From Amoebophrya sp. A120 (taxonomy: Eukaryota > Protista > Dinoflagellata), in NCBI GenBank assembly GCA_905178155.1, contig CAJINV010000003.1, forward strand, positions 5,671,985 through 5,735,984: a stretch of DNA of 64,000 bases, given 5' to 3'. The notes below the pieces were generated by a model that saw nothing but the letters and a program-made list of their open reading frames with translations, ran no database searches and was not told where the DNA came from. A program made the position numbers and the translations under genes. Shown here one piece after another: positions 50,491-62,227 of this stretch; position 1 is the first letter of the stretch; each line of letters starts with the position of its first letter.

Positions 50491-51522
50491 TCATTTCATG
50501 CAAATGCCAAGGAGATCCAGCATATCGTGGCCTGACATTTTTGATGTTGAAAACTTCTCGCGTAGATGATTTTTCTGTGCCTCACTTCGCACGCCGCGCC
50601 AGAATGCCGGCCACAAGTCCTCCACGGAGTAAAACTCCTGCAATTTTCGCCGCATTTGTCGCCAGGCCAGGGGGTTGTGTTTGGGGTTTTGCGCGAAGAG
50701 GATGTACATGTTGGGATTCGTCTCGAACAGATCGGCAACGGTCTGGAGCAAAAGCGCTACATGCTCGGGGCTGTAAACCAAGTCGGCACACAAGCACAGA
50801 TCCACGTGAAGCACCGGAGTAGAGTTTTCTCCGGGCGTTGCGGCAGCGGTGGTCTCTCTGCTTCCCCAGGCAAGTGTCATATTCTCTATTCGCCGCAACC
50901 GCCTCACGCCTGTTCCGTGACTGCCCGCGTCCTCCGGTTGTGCCCCGCAGTGGTAGTTCCAGGAGAAGAGGAAGCTGTTGCGCGCGATGTTTTTCTGGAG
51001 CAAATCCTGCATCTGCGGCAAGTCGGTGAGAACAACGCTATCGCAGTCCACCGCTGCGGCTGCCACGAGGCCGCAGACTCCGGTGCCCGCGCCCAATTCT
51101 AGTACGTTCGGATAATAGTACCCCTCGAAAAAGTTCGCATGCAGCAAGAACTGGGCTAGCAATTCAGCAGACTCCCACACGGTGCAGCCGGTGTCGAGTG
51201 GATCGTCCTCGGTCCTTCGTGTCGTGTGTAGGAGTTGTACAGCTGTGGTCGTCGTGTTAGAACTGCGCTCCGTGCTCTCACTACTTTTCAAGTGTTCAGA
51301 CGGCGGGGAAAAATTTGCTGCCGCGTCGTTCTCGCTTGATATAATTCCATCACAGCTCTGTTCTTCTGGTTCGTCGGCAGTAGTCAAGGGACGAATCTCG
51401 GGGCGGCGCTGCAAAACCGAAATGCAGCACCCCTGTGGCGTCGCGATGTCGAACGTATCGCGAAACCGCGCCGCAAACGTCGCGTCCGCGCCGCGCTGTT
51501 GTGGATTTGGTCGTGACACCAT
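50491..51522 (-). CDS. Methyltransf_16 / METTL21-like protein-lysine methyltransferase
   Basis: TGCTVWESAELLAQFL, VLELGAGTGVCGL, VVLTD, LAWG, ADLVY motifs in one uninterrupted ORF. Confidence 0.92.
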   Translation of the reverse strand: MVSRPNPQQRGADATFAARFRDTFDIATPQGCCISVLQRRPEIRPLTTADEPEEQSCDGIISSENDAAANFSPPSEHLKSSESTERSSNTTTTAVQLLHTTRRTEDDPLDTGCTVWESAELLAQFLLHANFFEGYYYPNVLELGAGTGVCGLVAAAAVDCDSVVLTDLPQMQDLLQKNIARNSFLFSWNYHCGAQPEDAGSHGTGVRRLRRIENMTLAWGSRETTAAATPGENSTPVLHVDLCLCADLVYSPEHVALLLQTVADLFETNPNMYILFAQNPKHNPLAWRQMRRKLQEFYSVEDLWPAFWRGVRSEAQKNHLREKFSTSKMSGHDMLDLLGICMK

Positions 51523-52089
51523 CGGTCGTCATGCGTGCTTCTCACGGTAGAGTTTCTGGGTGGACATTTTGTCTTCTACTAGCAACAGGGGTCATCTCCG
51601 CCCTTGAGTTGACTTACGAAGCATGATGATGATTCTAAAATCCGGGTATCGTGTCGCGTGAAAGTGTACTTTTGCATCGTGTCGCTTCGTTTTGTGTCAC
51701 TGCTGCATGTATGTTGGCCGGGCCAGTGAAATCGTGCCCTGAGAGACGAGATCCGCTGCTTCTACAAAGCTTTTTTTTCGGAGCCTTCTGAATGTAGACG
51801 TTGAGAACCTGCATTTCCACATGCTGAGCCGCGGCAGAAGGATCTTTCCAAACTGTTTCGTGAAAAAAGCTGGCGCGGCAGAAGAACAGCGGTCGTGTCT
51901 CGCCCTGCCAAAAGCGCGGGTGTGTATGTTTATCGTAATTCTTGGAATGGTGTGACGACTCAATTTTGTTGATCTATCTTCAGCCTCGGTTTCATTGCGT
52001 TGAAAATTTCTCGTCGAGGGGCTTGAAGATCGCTGTGGTAGTGAAGATGAAGCCAATATTTAATGACGCGCAGCTGCGACAAAGCCCCT

Positions 52090-54560
52090 TTACTTTCCTT
52101 TTTTCCACCCTTTACTTGTTTTCGAACGGTCTCCTGGTCGCCCACCGAAACCTCCTCCGCCACCACCCGAGTGGCCTTTTTGATCATAGTAACTGCCGCC
52201 CCCTTTGCTACCGCCGCTACTCTTTTGGTCGTGGTAGCCGCCGCCACTCCCGCCTTTGCTGTTGTAGGATCGGCTGCTGTGCCCCCCGCTGCCTTTCTGA
52301 TCGTAGTAGCTACCGCCGCCGCCCTTGCCGCTGTTCTTTTGCTCGTAGTATCCTCCGCCGCCGCCTTTGCCCCAGTGGTTACCCCCTGTCGTGGAAATCA
52401 TAAAAGCAGCTCGAGCGTGTCATTGGCACGAGCCCTGCGCCACATGAATTAGAATCCTCTTGGAGACAGGGGCAACGGAACATCAAAAAAGCATAAAAGT
52501 ACTGCACCGGTGGCATGCAATGTAGCAAAGATACGACAATCAGAAACTGTGCGACTACTACTACTACTTGCCCGGAATACATAGATGGCGCTCCCAAAAC
52601 AAAAAGTACCTTCCCGCGAGGCGTTGCGGCTGCTCGGCCGGTACTCGTAGGAGCCACCGCCCTTGTTCCCCTTAGCACCCTTGTCCTTTGCCCGGCCGCG
52701 GTCGCTCTCAAGTGGCTGGTCGAGCCCCGAGCCCATTCCGGCGCCCGTCCACCGCTTCACCGTGGTTTGCACTTTGGCGCCCTGCATGTCCTTGGCCGAC
52801 AGCATCACATTATGGATTGCAAAAGTGTCTGGGTCTGGAAGATTGCCAGGTTTGTCATGCAGGTTTTCCATAACCCATGAGGTCTGGTATGTAGGACATA
52901 GCATGACAGATTGTGCGAAGCCTTTCCAATGCCTATCCTGCATGAGAAACTGCCTCTCGATTAGGTCAAAAGTGCACAACCTTTGGCAATCATGCAACAC
53001 AGTTTTTTGCCTTAGTCAGATTTAGCATGACGAGTTGCATTCTTCCAGACCCAGACATTTTTACATTTGATACACATTGGCCTTCGTCACATCCTTGCCG
53101 ATGTCTTCCACCGTGTAGCCCTCGGGAACCCCGCCACGATCCGGCACGTGTCCGATTAGGATGCTCTTCACCACCGACTGCACCGCGTACCGGCTGCTTA
53201 TCTGTGTTTCAGCAAGTAGCGGAAAGAAAATGGAAGGTCTTGCTCCGGCTTACATCCAGTCCAAGACCGGCCTGTGTTCGATCCAGTGCTATAGGAACGT
53301 GCGTCGTGAGATGAAACTGAGAGTACAAGTCAAAAGCCGTTGCTAAATGAAAGCAAAAATACTGCACCTTGTCCGTGTCAAATATAGCCCCGTCGGCCTG
53401 CAACAAATGCCACATTCCGACCTGCCGCGTGTCGTTTTTCCATCGCCGTTATCCACAACGAACATCGCCCTAAGACTTAAATGAAACCAAATCGTCATGC
53501 AGGAGCGCACAGCATCATGGAGAGATAGTGAGTAACGAATTTTCAAACAATTTGCTGTCAAGAAGTTGCACTTTAGTCATGTATGTTTCAGTATGAAACA
53601 GACGATAAGTAAATAAATCATGTCGTCCCGCAATTTCTATAGGAGTCCAATGCTAAGACGAGTTCGCTGGTGATAAACAGCTAGCAATCACTTGGTTGAT
53701 CTCCGCCTGGTTCTTCTCCACGGAATGTGACCGCAGAAACGCTTGAATGGTGACATCCAGCCTTCGCGATAAAACCGACCGGCGGACCTTGTACCTGCAG
53801 CCGGCGCAGTGGTAGTTTTTTCACTAAGTTTAAGCAGAGTACAATCGGTGTATTCGGTCAGTATAATTTCAACGGATCATGACAACCGGAATGACATTTC
53901 CTTGAAAAGAACAACAGGCATCTTTTTTCCTGTACTACAACAGCCATTTGCAATGTTCGCATCTCACCGCTTTGTTAACGAAATCAAAGCTGAATGTACT
54001 CATTATTCAAGTCGTCCATGACTTGCAGCAGCCGGGTGGTTTCGGCCATGCCCAAGTTCCAGGCCGGCATCAGCAAGTTGGGCGAAGGCGGCGGCAGCGG
54101 TCGGGTCCGCAGCTCCTCCAACTGGCTCGCGACGGAGCCGGGCGGGAGCGCCAGGTGCGTGGCAATGTCCTGCACCTGCGTGGCGATTTGCTGCACCGCG
54201 GGCGCGTGCTCCACGTCGGCCAGGTCCACGCTCGACCGGAGCGCGGCCCCCGCTTCGAGGCGGGCGCACTGCAGGTCCACGAGCAGTGCGTGCAGCAAGG
54301 CCTCGTTGTTTGGGGAGGATGACGAGGAGGAAGAACTGCTGCTGCTGCTGCCGAGGTAGCCCCGGTCCCGGATGAAATCCGTAACGGACGGCGCGAAGGT
54401 TGGCGCGGTGCTGGGTTCCAGCGCCAGGAGCTCGCTGATCACTTCTCGCGCCAGTGCCTCGAAATTCTCTGTGTTTGCCAGTAGCAACACCTCGTGTTTT
54501 TGCAGGGCGTTCGTCGGCCGCCCATTCCAGTGCTCGTACCGCGTATGCAACGAAACTCTG
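52090..54560 (-). CDS. FAM98: FAM98-family protein (DUF2465) with Gly/Tyr-rich C-terminal tail; 5' end not located
   Basis: Spliced reading gives LNNEYKVRRSVLSRRLDVTIQAFLRS and VVKSILIGHVPDRGGVP, matching FAM98 signatures (EY..RR..L..RLDVT.Q.F and KVL.G.VPDRGG.P), then a G-rich tail. Confidence 0.85.
52811..53072. mobile_element. Introner-like TIR element, family A
   Basis: TATGGATTGCAAAAGTGTCTGGGTCTGGA ... TCCAGACCCAGACATTTTTACATTTGATA; CACAT/CACAT flanks. Removal gives DVTKANV-MLSAKD. Confidence 0.93.
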
Positions 54561-55516
54561 CAGTTGAGTCTACACAGGGGAATTGCGTTTATTGCACCTT
54601 TCGTTCATCATGAATCTGGCACGGCAGCGGACCGGCTAACAAAAAACCTTGAGTGGTGCTTCAGCGGATGCAGAGTAGAGAACGCAATTCAGACTTCAAC
54701 TCGAAGTTTCGTCTGGATACAGAGACTGGAAGACAGACAACACTTCTTCCTGTGCCATTTTTTACTATCCAGTGACTTGTAAACGGAAAGTAAGTGAATG
54801 CTAGGCGGTGTACTTGCACATCGAAGACAACTCCAGCTTCAAAAATGTACGCTTAGTTAGTAAGCTACAGGGTATCGTGGACATGCAACTTTTAGGATTT
54901 TCGGTGTTTCGTCTGCAGGAAAAAAACTGAAAGAATGCTCGGTGTGCAAAGCAGGCGGAGGAAGACTGGTCCGTGAATGATAGCAACAAACGTCGACCAA
55001 TTTTTTACGCCAACGGTATGCGATGATCAGACGTTTCGATCTTCAGAGGGATCTCCGAGAAATTGTGGTACCTACTGGATCAGCACGCTTGCACCAAGCC
55101 GACCTGTTTCGTGCTGTTGCTTGATCGCTACACGTCGCAAGGAATGCCTTGGACTGTATCACACGAGGCATTGCTTTGAATATTGAACAGGCGCGCGAGT
55201 AGTCGCTCTACTTCGGTGAAATGTCTACGGGGAGCTCTCTTCTAAATTTATTTCGATAGCGACGAAGGCCAACGTCGCTGCGCTCCGCGGGGGTTCTTTC
55301 AGCTGTTTGAATTAGGTATCGTTCTGTTGCTTCCATCAAATTGCTCATGCGAAATGTAGATACCACCTCCGCCGCCGCATGTTTACCCCAGCATCCCTGT
55401 CCCGAGTAGATACTTTACCGCGCAACGTGCGCACCAAAGTAGAGTGCCAGGAGGGGATACATGAGCTGTCAGCGCGGCACTTGCCCGGATATGTTATCAT
55501 ATGTTGTGCGGTGCGG

Positions 55517-55755
55517 GGCCCCGGACCACCGCGACCCCGGACCACCGGCACCCCCCGGATCACCGGGACCCCCCGGACCACCGGGACCCCCCGGACGACC
55601 GGGACCCCCTGGACCACCGGGACTCCCCGGACCACCGGGACCCCCGGGAACACCGGACCTCCGGGAGCCCCCGGGGCCCGCCGGATCCCCCGAAGCGGCG
55701 GGAAACCAGGGCCCCGGGCCGCGGCGAAACCGGATCGCCGGGCCCCCGCGGACCC
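55517..55755. repeat. GC-rich 9-bp minisatellite (GGACCACCG/GGACCCCCC), collagen-like Gly-Pro-Pro in one frame
   Basis: ccccggaccaccgggacccc repeats; plus-strand frame reads [29 protein letters not shown], then shifts frame near 55655. Confidence 0.85.
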
Positions 55756-56214
55756 TCTTTGCGTTAGGTTCTGGAATGGATGCTGCGGGGCTAGGGTTGC
55801 TTTATGCAGTTCTGAAAACGGCGCGTGACCCGATCCTGCTAGCTATTCCAGGGGGATAATGCCCCCCTCTGGGATCCCAAGGATAAGTAATAAAAGGAGG
55901 GGGGGGGGGGAAATTCATAGGGGCTGCAGATGCCTGTGGTGCCCAGGTCCTGCAGGCTAGTTGAGAGGTATCCACATAGATCACTTGGCATATGCTTTTG
56001 CCCCCTCCGGGAAGTGACAACAACCAACCTGATCTGGTGCCTGGTGTTCCTCTCTTTTTGGAAAATAACAAAAAAACTAGAAAAAAAATCTCATTTGCCA
56101 ACTTGGCTCCATGACGCCCTGTGGAACGCTTGAAGAAGACTCTTTTACTGGTTTTCCAACGGAATCCGGGCTGGGAATATACACAAGATACCAACTATGC
56201 ACGTGCTCCACCAC

Positions 56215-57010
56215 TTTAGTAATTTTGTATAATTTCCCAAAATTCAAAATATCCAAAAATTAGCCTGATCTAAGGAAAGTAGCAACAAAGTATAGGCGTC
56301 ATCGAGCTACCTTTTCATCATTTTATCAGTTGAGCGCATACGAGTCCACATCCTGGGGATTTTTTCGATGGGATAAAATCTGAAAATTTTTCAAGAAAAA
56401 AACACTCTCGAAATTTTACTAATAATTACAGAAATAAGATTACTAATTTGCAGCGTTCAAAAAGTATTTGCGTTTAATCTATTTATCGTATTCAAATCAT
56501 CTCAATTTAATAAATTTGGTTCACTTTTTGAAAAAAATTGAAAAATTAAAAAAAGTCACTTTTTAAAATATTGCACAAATACACCGCCTCAGTTGATAGA
56601 AATGAGCACAGTTCGCATATTTCGAATGTGGTAAAGCACCTGGTGAGCTATTTTCTTTGACTTTGGCAGTTTTTTGATCATTTTTCAAGTTTGGAAAAAG
56701 TTCAGAAAATGTCACACCCGGTAAAAATACAGGAAAATTTTAACAATAACAAGACTAGCGGGCGTGTGTGATCTCATATTTGGAATTTGTCTACTCGGCG
56801 CAGTCGATTTTCTTTTATTTTACTGGTTTTTTGGTGATTTTTTCACTTTTTAAAAATTTAAAAATTTTCTAACACTGACAATCTCTGTCAAAAAAGAAGA
56901 TGATGAGTTGCAAAACGCGTCTCCAGTTTATTTTGGCGCGATCTTTCCATCCGCCAGAACCAGCACTCTTCTAGGTAGTAGATTTTATGTAATTTTGCAA
57001 AATGCAAAAT
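56215..57010. other. AT-rich, ORF-free block in the divergent strand-switch spacer
   Basis: Long A/T runs, visibly more AT-rich than the rest of the window; no ORF in the supplied track. Confidence 0.75.
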
Positions 57011-57899
57011 GGTGGGGAAATGGATGAGAGGGGATATGCCGGAGCTCCAGAATCTGATAGAAGACATGAATGGCGGGCGTCAGCCTTCCATCGTTCTAGG
57101 TTCTTCACATCGACGGAAAGCGATCAGCTCCGCACCAGTGCCCCCATTGTCATTTTTCAAAAATCCCGAAACTAGGCCCCAATTGGATGTGCCTGCCAGG
57201 ATGGTCCGGCGTCGGAGTCGTTGGCCGCATACCAGCGCGCGGCGCTCTTTCTTTTGCTCTGCGTCGACCTCTAACAGGAGAATGGCAGTGGCTTGCGCGT
57301 TTTCACTGCGTCGAATACTGCCGCGACGTGGCGCGGCCGGGGGACGCAACCCGATTACCAGAGGCGTTGGCACAGCCTCGGTTCCCGCCGGTCGACTCCG
57401 GGAAAATGCGCGGATGGGTTTTTGCACGGAGGAGGCCTCGACAGGCGGCGACTGTTCTCTTCCAGGGCGCAGAACTCTTCGGAGCGCGGCCCAAAATGCA
57501 GTGGCACGAATGGGCTGGAGCGGATCGAGTCAGCATATGCCAGCCCCTGAAAACGATATGCCGCGAAACCACAAACCCGGCGCCCCCCCCCCCCTCCGGT
57601 TGAGTGTTATTCTGACACTGATTCCGGAAGCTGGGTACTGGGACTGCATGCGCCCGCTGTCTCGGAAGGGTTTCGGACTTTGGAGACCCTCTTCACGCTC
57701 CCGCCCGCAGCATTCTCCTTGGCTTCAAGCAACTAGCGGGCGTAGGGGGTGCTCGGTGTCTCATCGGATTCCCGTGGCTGGTCGCCACAAGCTGCAGGCG
57801 TCGACTTAGCGAATTATTGTGCGGCCGGTGCAGGTTCAATCAATGCAAAAGCAACACAGAAGCATAAGCCGAGCGGCCTCTGTTGTTGTTCTTTCCCTC

Positions 57900-58261
57900 G
57901 TTCCAAGGCAGCGCTCTGGGCGGACATCGACAATAATCCGGACGAAGCAAAAATTCTCGAAGGTGCCGCGACCCTCGATACCGGAGTGGAACACTGCGAA
58001 GCACCCACACGGCCTTTCGGTTGAAACCGGAGCCAGGTGCTGCACATCGCAGTTCTTTCGAACTCCACACCGATGACAAAGATCTTGCTGAAAGCAGGGG
58101 TGAGCGCGAATTGGAAGGATGCAAGGGGATGCCGTGCGGTAGAATGGGAAGAAGATCTCGCGCGTCCGGCAGATGCTACGAATTTCGAAGCGAAGTATAA
58201 GTATCCTGTAACTTGTCGTGGAAAAGAATGCGAGTTGGTAGATCTAAACAGGGAGAGATGA
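57900..58261 (+). pseudogene. Ankyrin-repeat remnant, apparently frameshifted
   Basis: LHIAVLSNSTPMTKILLKAGVSANWKDARG is a recognisable ankyrin repeat; a weaker repeat (ALWADIDNNPDEAKIL) lies upstream in another frame. Confidence 0.5.
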
Positions 58262-58877
58262 AAGCTTTATATATCCACAAGAGCCTCAGTCTCAATCACG
58301 GCGAACGTGCTTTGACGTGCGTTAAATGCTCGATACGTTCACTGATGTTGAGCCACCATTAAGTAGGTCACTGTGTTCCCCAACACCTGAGTTGCAACAA
58401 GATTACCGCGGCGAGTGAGCTTTGGGATAGCCTTTTTTGAAGGTGTGAGGCAAATAAGTTTCGATTGTCCAGGGCCCTCATGACTGCTTCAACTCCATTT
58501 GGTAAATATCGTCCAAAGTAGTGCCTCTGCTGTGTAATTAGTTCCCTCGCATGCACGCATTGCAAAGTGGTCGGACGTCTCGAGGTTCTGCCATTCGTCA
58601 CTTGGCTGGCCAGTGTAGGTAGTAAAAACGTTACTTCTTCTAAAATGAGAGACGCACTTCTTGCGTCAACCTTATGCACGATGTTGTAGAGACGCATTCA
58701 TCGCAGTCGCACTTGTACATCTCCGGTTGGCGCCAGCAACTTGATACGCTGCTTCCCGCTAGTTTACATATCAGCCACAAAAACAAGTCACGTCCACCAC
58801 CGTAGCCGCGCCCAGGGTTATTTGCTAAGCTTGCGCCTTCTCTTTGTTCGCCGACCGAACGCGCAAACGCATCATGG

Positions 58878-61800
58878 ATGGACATGAAAAAGAACAACGC
58901 GAATGAAGACGGGCGGCTGGTGGAGGTCTTCGGAAGCGTCGATGCGGGTCCGGTGCGCACGCTCACGGTAGTGAGCACGCCAGTGGAGCTTCCGCCCGCC
59001 GAGGACCCGCCGTCCGCGACGGCTGCGAGCAGCTCTCGGGTAGTTTCCGACCGGCAGAAAGTGGTGCAGTTCGAGTCCTCGTCGGGCATCGTCATCCAAA
59101 ACGGCCTCGCGACTGTCCCCACGACCTCGACGTCGGCCAGCAGCGCGCCCGGTGTCGCAAGAAGCTCCTCCGAGGCATCTTCCATCTCCTCCAGCACTGC
59201 TCTGGTGCCCGGCCGAGGAAAAGCCGAACAACATGTGGTAGAAGGAGCACCAACGTCCACGCGACCGTCTTCGCCGCAACCAATATCCTCGGCGTCCGCG
59301 GGGGGCAGTAAGAAACTCGCGTCCGAGCTTGCGCCACCGGTCGCCGCGACAGTGTACGGGGTTCCGGTCGCGAACGCAGAGGAGCTCGATTTGCGAGGGC
59401 AGACGGCCGACGGGGTACTCGCACCTACCCCGATTGCTGCCGGTCTCGTCACCAGCCCACCCAGTACCACCTCCCCGGACCCGGGGTCCACCTACGGTGG
59501 CTCCCCTCTTATCAAGCGCGAGCTATTTCCGCCGGACACCTTGAACTCCGCGGCACCGCAAACCCGCACGGACGGGACGCTCGGACCGCACGCAACCGCG
59601 CTGGCTATCGACGGCGAGGAGGACCGGCAAACCATCACCGGTGAAGTAGTAAACGGCGATACAACTACCGGCGTGCGCGCTGCAGTTGCGCGATACTACC
59701 GCTGGGCCCGCGCCAAAGTGATGGGGCGCGACACCACCGGCTCCGTTCCCGAGGAATACGGGCTGCGACAGGTCGATGACTACTCCGGCCGAAGTCCCGA
59801 GCCGCCGGGCGAGCACGAAGCTTTCGGTTTGCTCGAGGCAAACACCAAGCGCAGCAGCAGCCTCGAAGACCGGCTCAGCGACGAGGAGAACAAGGGCGCC
59901 TCGCCACAGCTGACCATTCGCCTGGTGGCCGCCTGTTTGTTTCAGCTGCCGATGGGCATCATATGGAGCACCATTGGGCTCATCGTTTTGCCCTACGAGG
60001 CGGAAAAGTTCTACCCGAAGGCGCACTCCGGCTTTCTCGGCGTACTGCTCACGATCGCGGGCACGAGTCAGGTGATATCGCCGATCATCGGTCGCCTGTC
60101 CGATGACCACCGATCCATCTTCGGGCGACGCCGCCCCTTCATGATCTACGGGACGCTCCTGACTGCCATCGGGGTAGGGGGGCTCAGCTACTGCTCCGCA
60201 CACGTCTTGGTGATCATGTATGCAGTGTCGCTCTTCGTCTCGCAGGTACTTACTCCTCCTCCTTCTGATATCGGTGGTTGTTGAGTAGAGCACTTCTTTC
60301 TTTTCAGGTGGGACTGTGAATAGTTTTTCTCTAGTACTTCATCGTCCCTGCAAATTCTCACTGTCGAGGATTTTTCTCACGAACGCTGCACGACCTCTGC
60401 TAAATTTCGCACAGGTGGGACTGAACGTGATCTATTCCGCTACGGTGCTTGGGCTGGTGCCCGACACGCTGGAGGCGCAGGGGCTGGGTACCAACAACGC
60501 GTCAGCCAGTGGGATAATTGCCATTTTTCAGTTTTTGGGGAACTTACTCGGGATGTTGTTCATGATGGGCACCGCAACGATGGCCATGGAAAACGTGTAT
60601 CCATTTTACCTCGTGTCCGTGCTTTTTACCGCCGCCGTCGTCTGGATCTGCTGTCCCGAAGAAAGCAGTCTGGTACATCGTGAAGCTAGTTTTTATGTTT
60701 TCGCTCTTCATTCCATCAAAACCCTTTGGGTCAACATGCCAATACCAGAAGCTGTTTCTACTTGCGTTCTGTATACAAAAAGTCACTGCGCCTGCTGCGA
60801 CGAGCCGACTGGGGCAGTATCATCTAGGTGAAAACGTGCATCGTCTAAGTACTTACCGCTACAACTTTGTAAACTTTTTTTGGTTCTTTCTCGTAAAAAA
60901 AATTCCCCCTTTGTCCCTTAATCCAACAGGGCCGCAAGCGGACCCGGAAAGACGACGGTGGTGGCGCGGCCTTCTACAAGGCCCTTTTGTTCGACGCTAG
61001 CAAGGAGCCGGATTTTTTCTGGGTGTTCGTGGGACGCACGCTGTACTACTTGAGCATAAGTTGCCTCTCCTTCATTTACTACTTCGTACGCGACGTGGGG
61101 GGAGTGTCCGACGAAACGACACGGAAGTTCTACGTCGCGCTTATGACCTGCTCAAACGTTACAATCTCAAACGTTACTATAGAATCTGAGACTTGTCTTG
61201 CATGATCAACATGACCGACTCGGACAGCGTTCCACTTTTTGCAATACAAATTTCGCCAGATTGTAGTGCGGATTGGGACTCCAGAACTTGTCATGCGCAA
61301 TCCTGTGGGAGTAGGGTAGATCATGCGCTTCTTGCAACACAAATTCCAGACTCTATTGTAACGTTTGAGATTGTAACACCTGACCGGGTTATAGCGCTCA
61401 TCGTCGTCTGCGCACAGAGCACCGGCGCGCTTACCGCCTACCCGGCCGGGGTCTTGTCAGATTCCGTGGGCAGGAAACGACTTGTGTACAGTGAATTTGA
61501 ACAATAAGATTTTATTCTGGATGGTTTATATAGACAATACGTAACTGTGACTCCTGCTAGCAGCTGTATTGCTATTATGCACGATGAAATCGCAACAAGA
61601 TATTCATGAACACAGGTACCTGTCCTGCGTTATGATGGCGCTGTGCTACTTTTGGTACTTGCTGATACCATACCTGCCACGCATCGGCTCTCTGCACTTG
61701 CTGCTACTTGGATCGTGCATATACGGAATTGCAGCGGGATGCTACATGAGTGTCGATTACGCACTCGCGCTGGACTGCCTACCCGACAAAAGCTCCAAGG

Positions 61801-62227
61801 GCTCCTCCGAGGCACTTGGTAAGAAATAGATCATGTGAAGAACATCATGTGTGTCCTCGTTCTATAATATGCGCTGTGCAAATTATTTCTACGTTTGTCG
61901 CAGTGTCGCGCCATCAGGTTTGAAACATCTCGTGTTGACGACCGTGAAATCGGGTGGCATACGTTTATTCCCTGCGCGGTTCGAGTGAAGAGGACTTATC
62001 CCGCCTGAATACAACAATCAAACATTGTCGCAGGTCTTTGGGGCATCAGCGGGTTTATCGGCAGTTACATCGGGCCGATGGCCGGCGGTAGCCTGTTGGA
62101 AGTGTTCGGTGCCACGGCGAAGAAAGACCACTATTCCTACATGGGGTACTTTGCACTTCTTTCCGTCGGGGGACTCATGGCTCTCTTTTCCGCATGGGTA
62201 ACGTCTTTCATCAAAAAAGCCAGGTAG
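58878..62227 (+). CDS. Major facilitator superfamily transporter with long S/T/A/P-rich N-terminus
   Basis: SPIIGRLSDDHRSIFGRRRPF and YPAGVLSDSVGRKRLVY (MFS motif A twice), YMSVDYALALDCLP, multiple TM segments; last exon ends FIKKAR-stop. Confidence 0.93.
61142..61393. mobile_element. Introner-like TIR element (distinct family) in the MFS gene
   Basis: TATGACCTGCTCAAACGTTACAATCTCAAACGTTAC ... GTAACGTTTGAGATTGTAACACCTGACCGGGTTATA; GCGCT/GCGCT flanks. Removal gives KFYVAL-IVVCAQS. Confidence 0.92.

Noticed and set aside
3325-53072. Family A ~29-bp repeats as a CRISPR array
   Set aside because: They occur as dispersed inverted pairs kilobases apart in eukaryotic genes, with no regular spacers and no cas genes.
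3221-53314. Recurring peptides in many ORF-track entries ([33 protein letters not shown]) suggesting a repeat-protein family
   Set aside because: They are translations of the family A terminal inverted repeat in different frames, not a protein.
55461-55859. Functional collagen gene
   Set aside because: Only about a dozen Gly-X-Y triplets before a frame break, with no signal peptide or associated domain; kept as a repeat.
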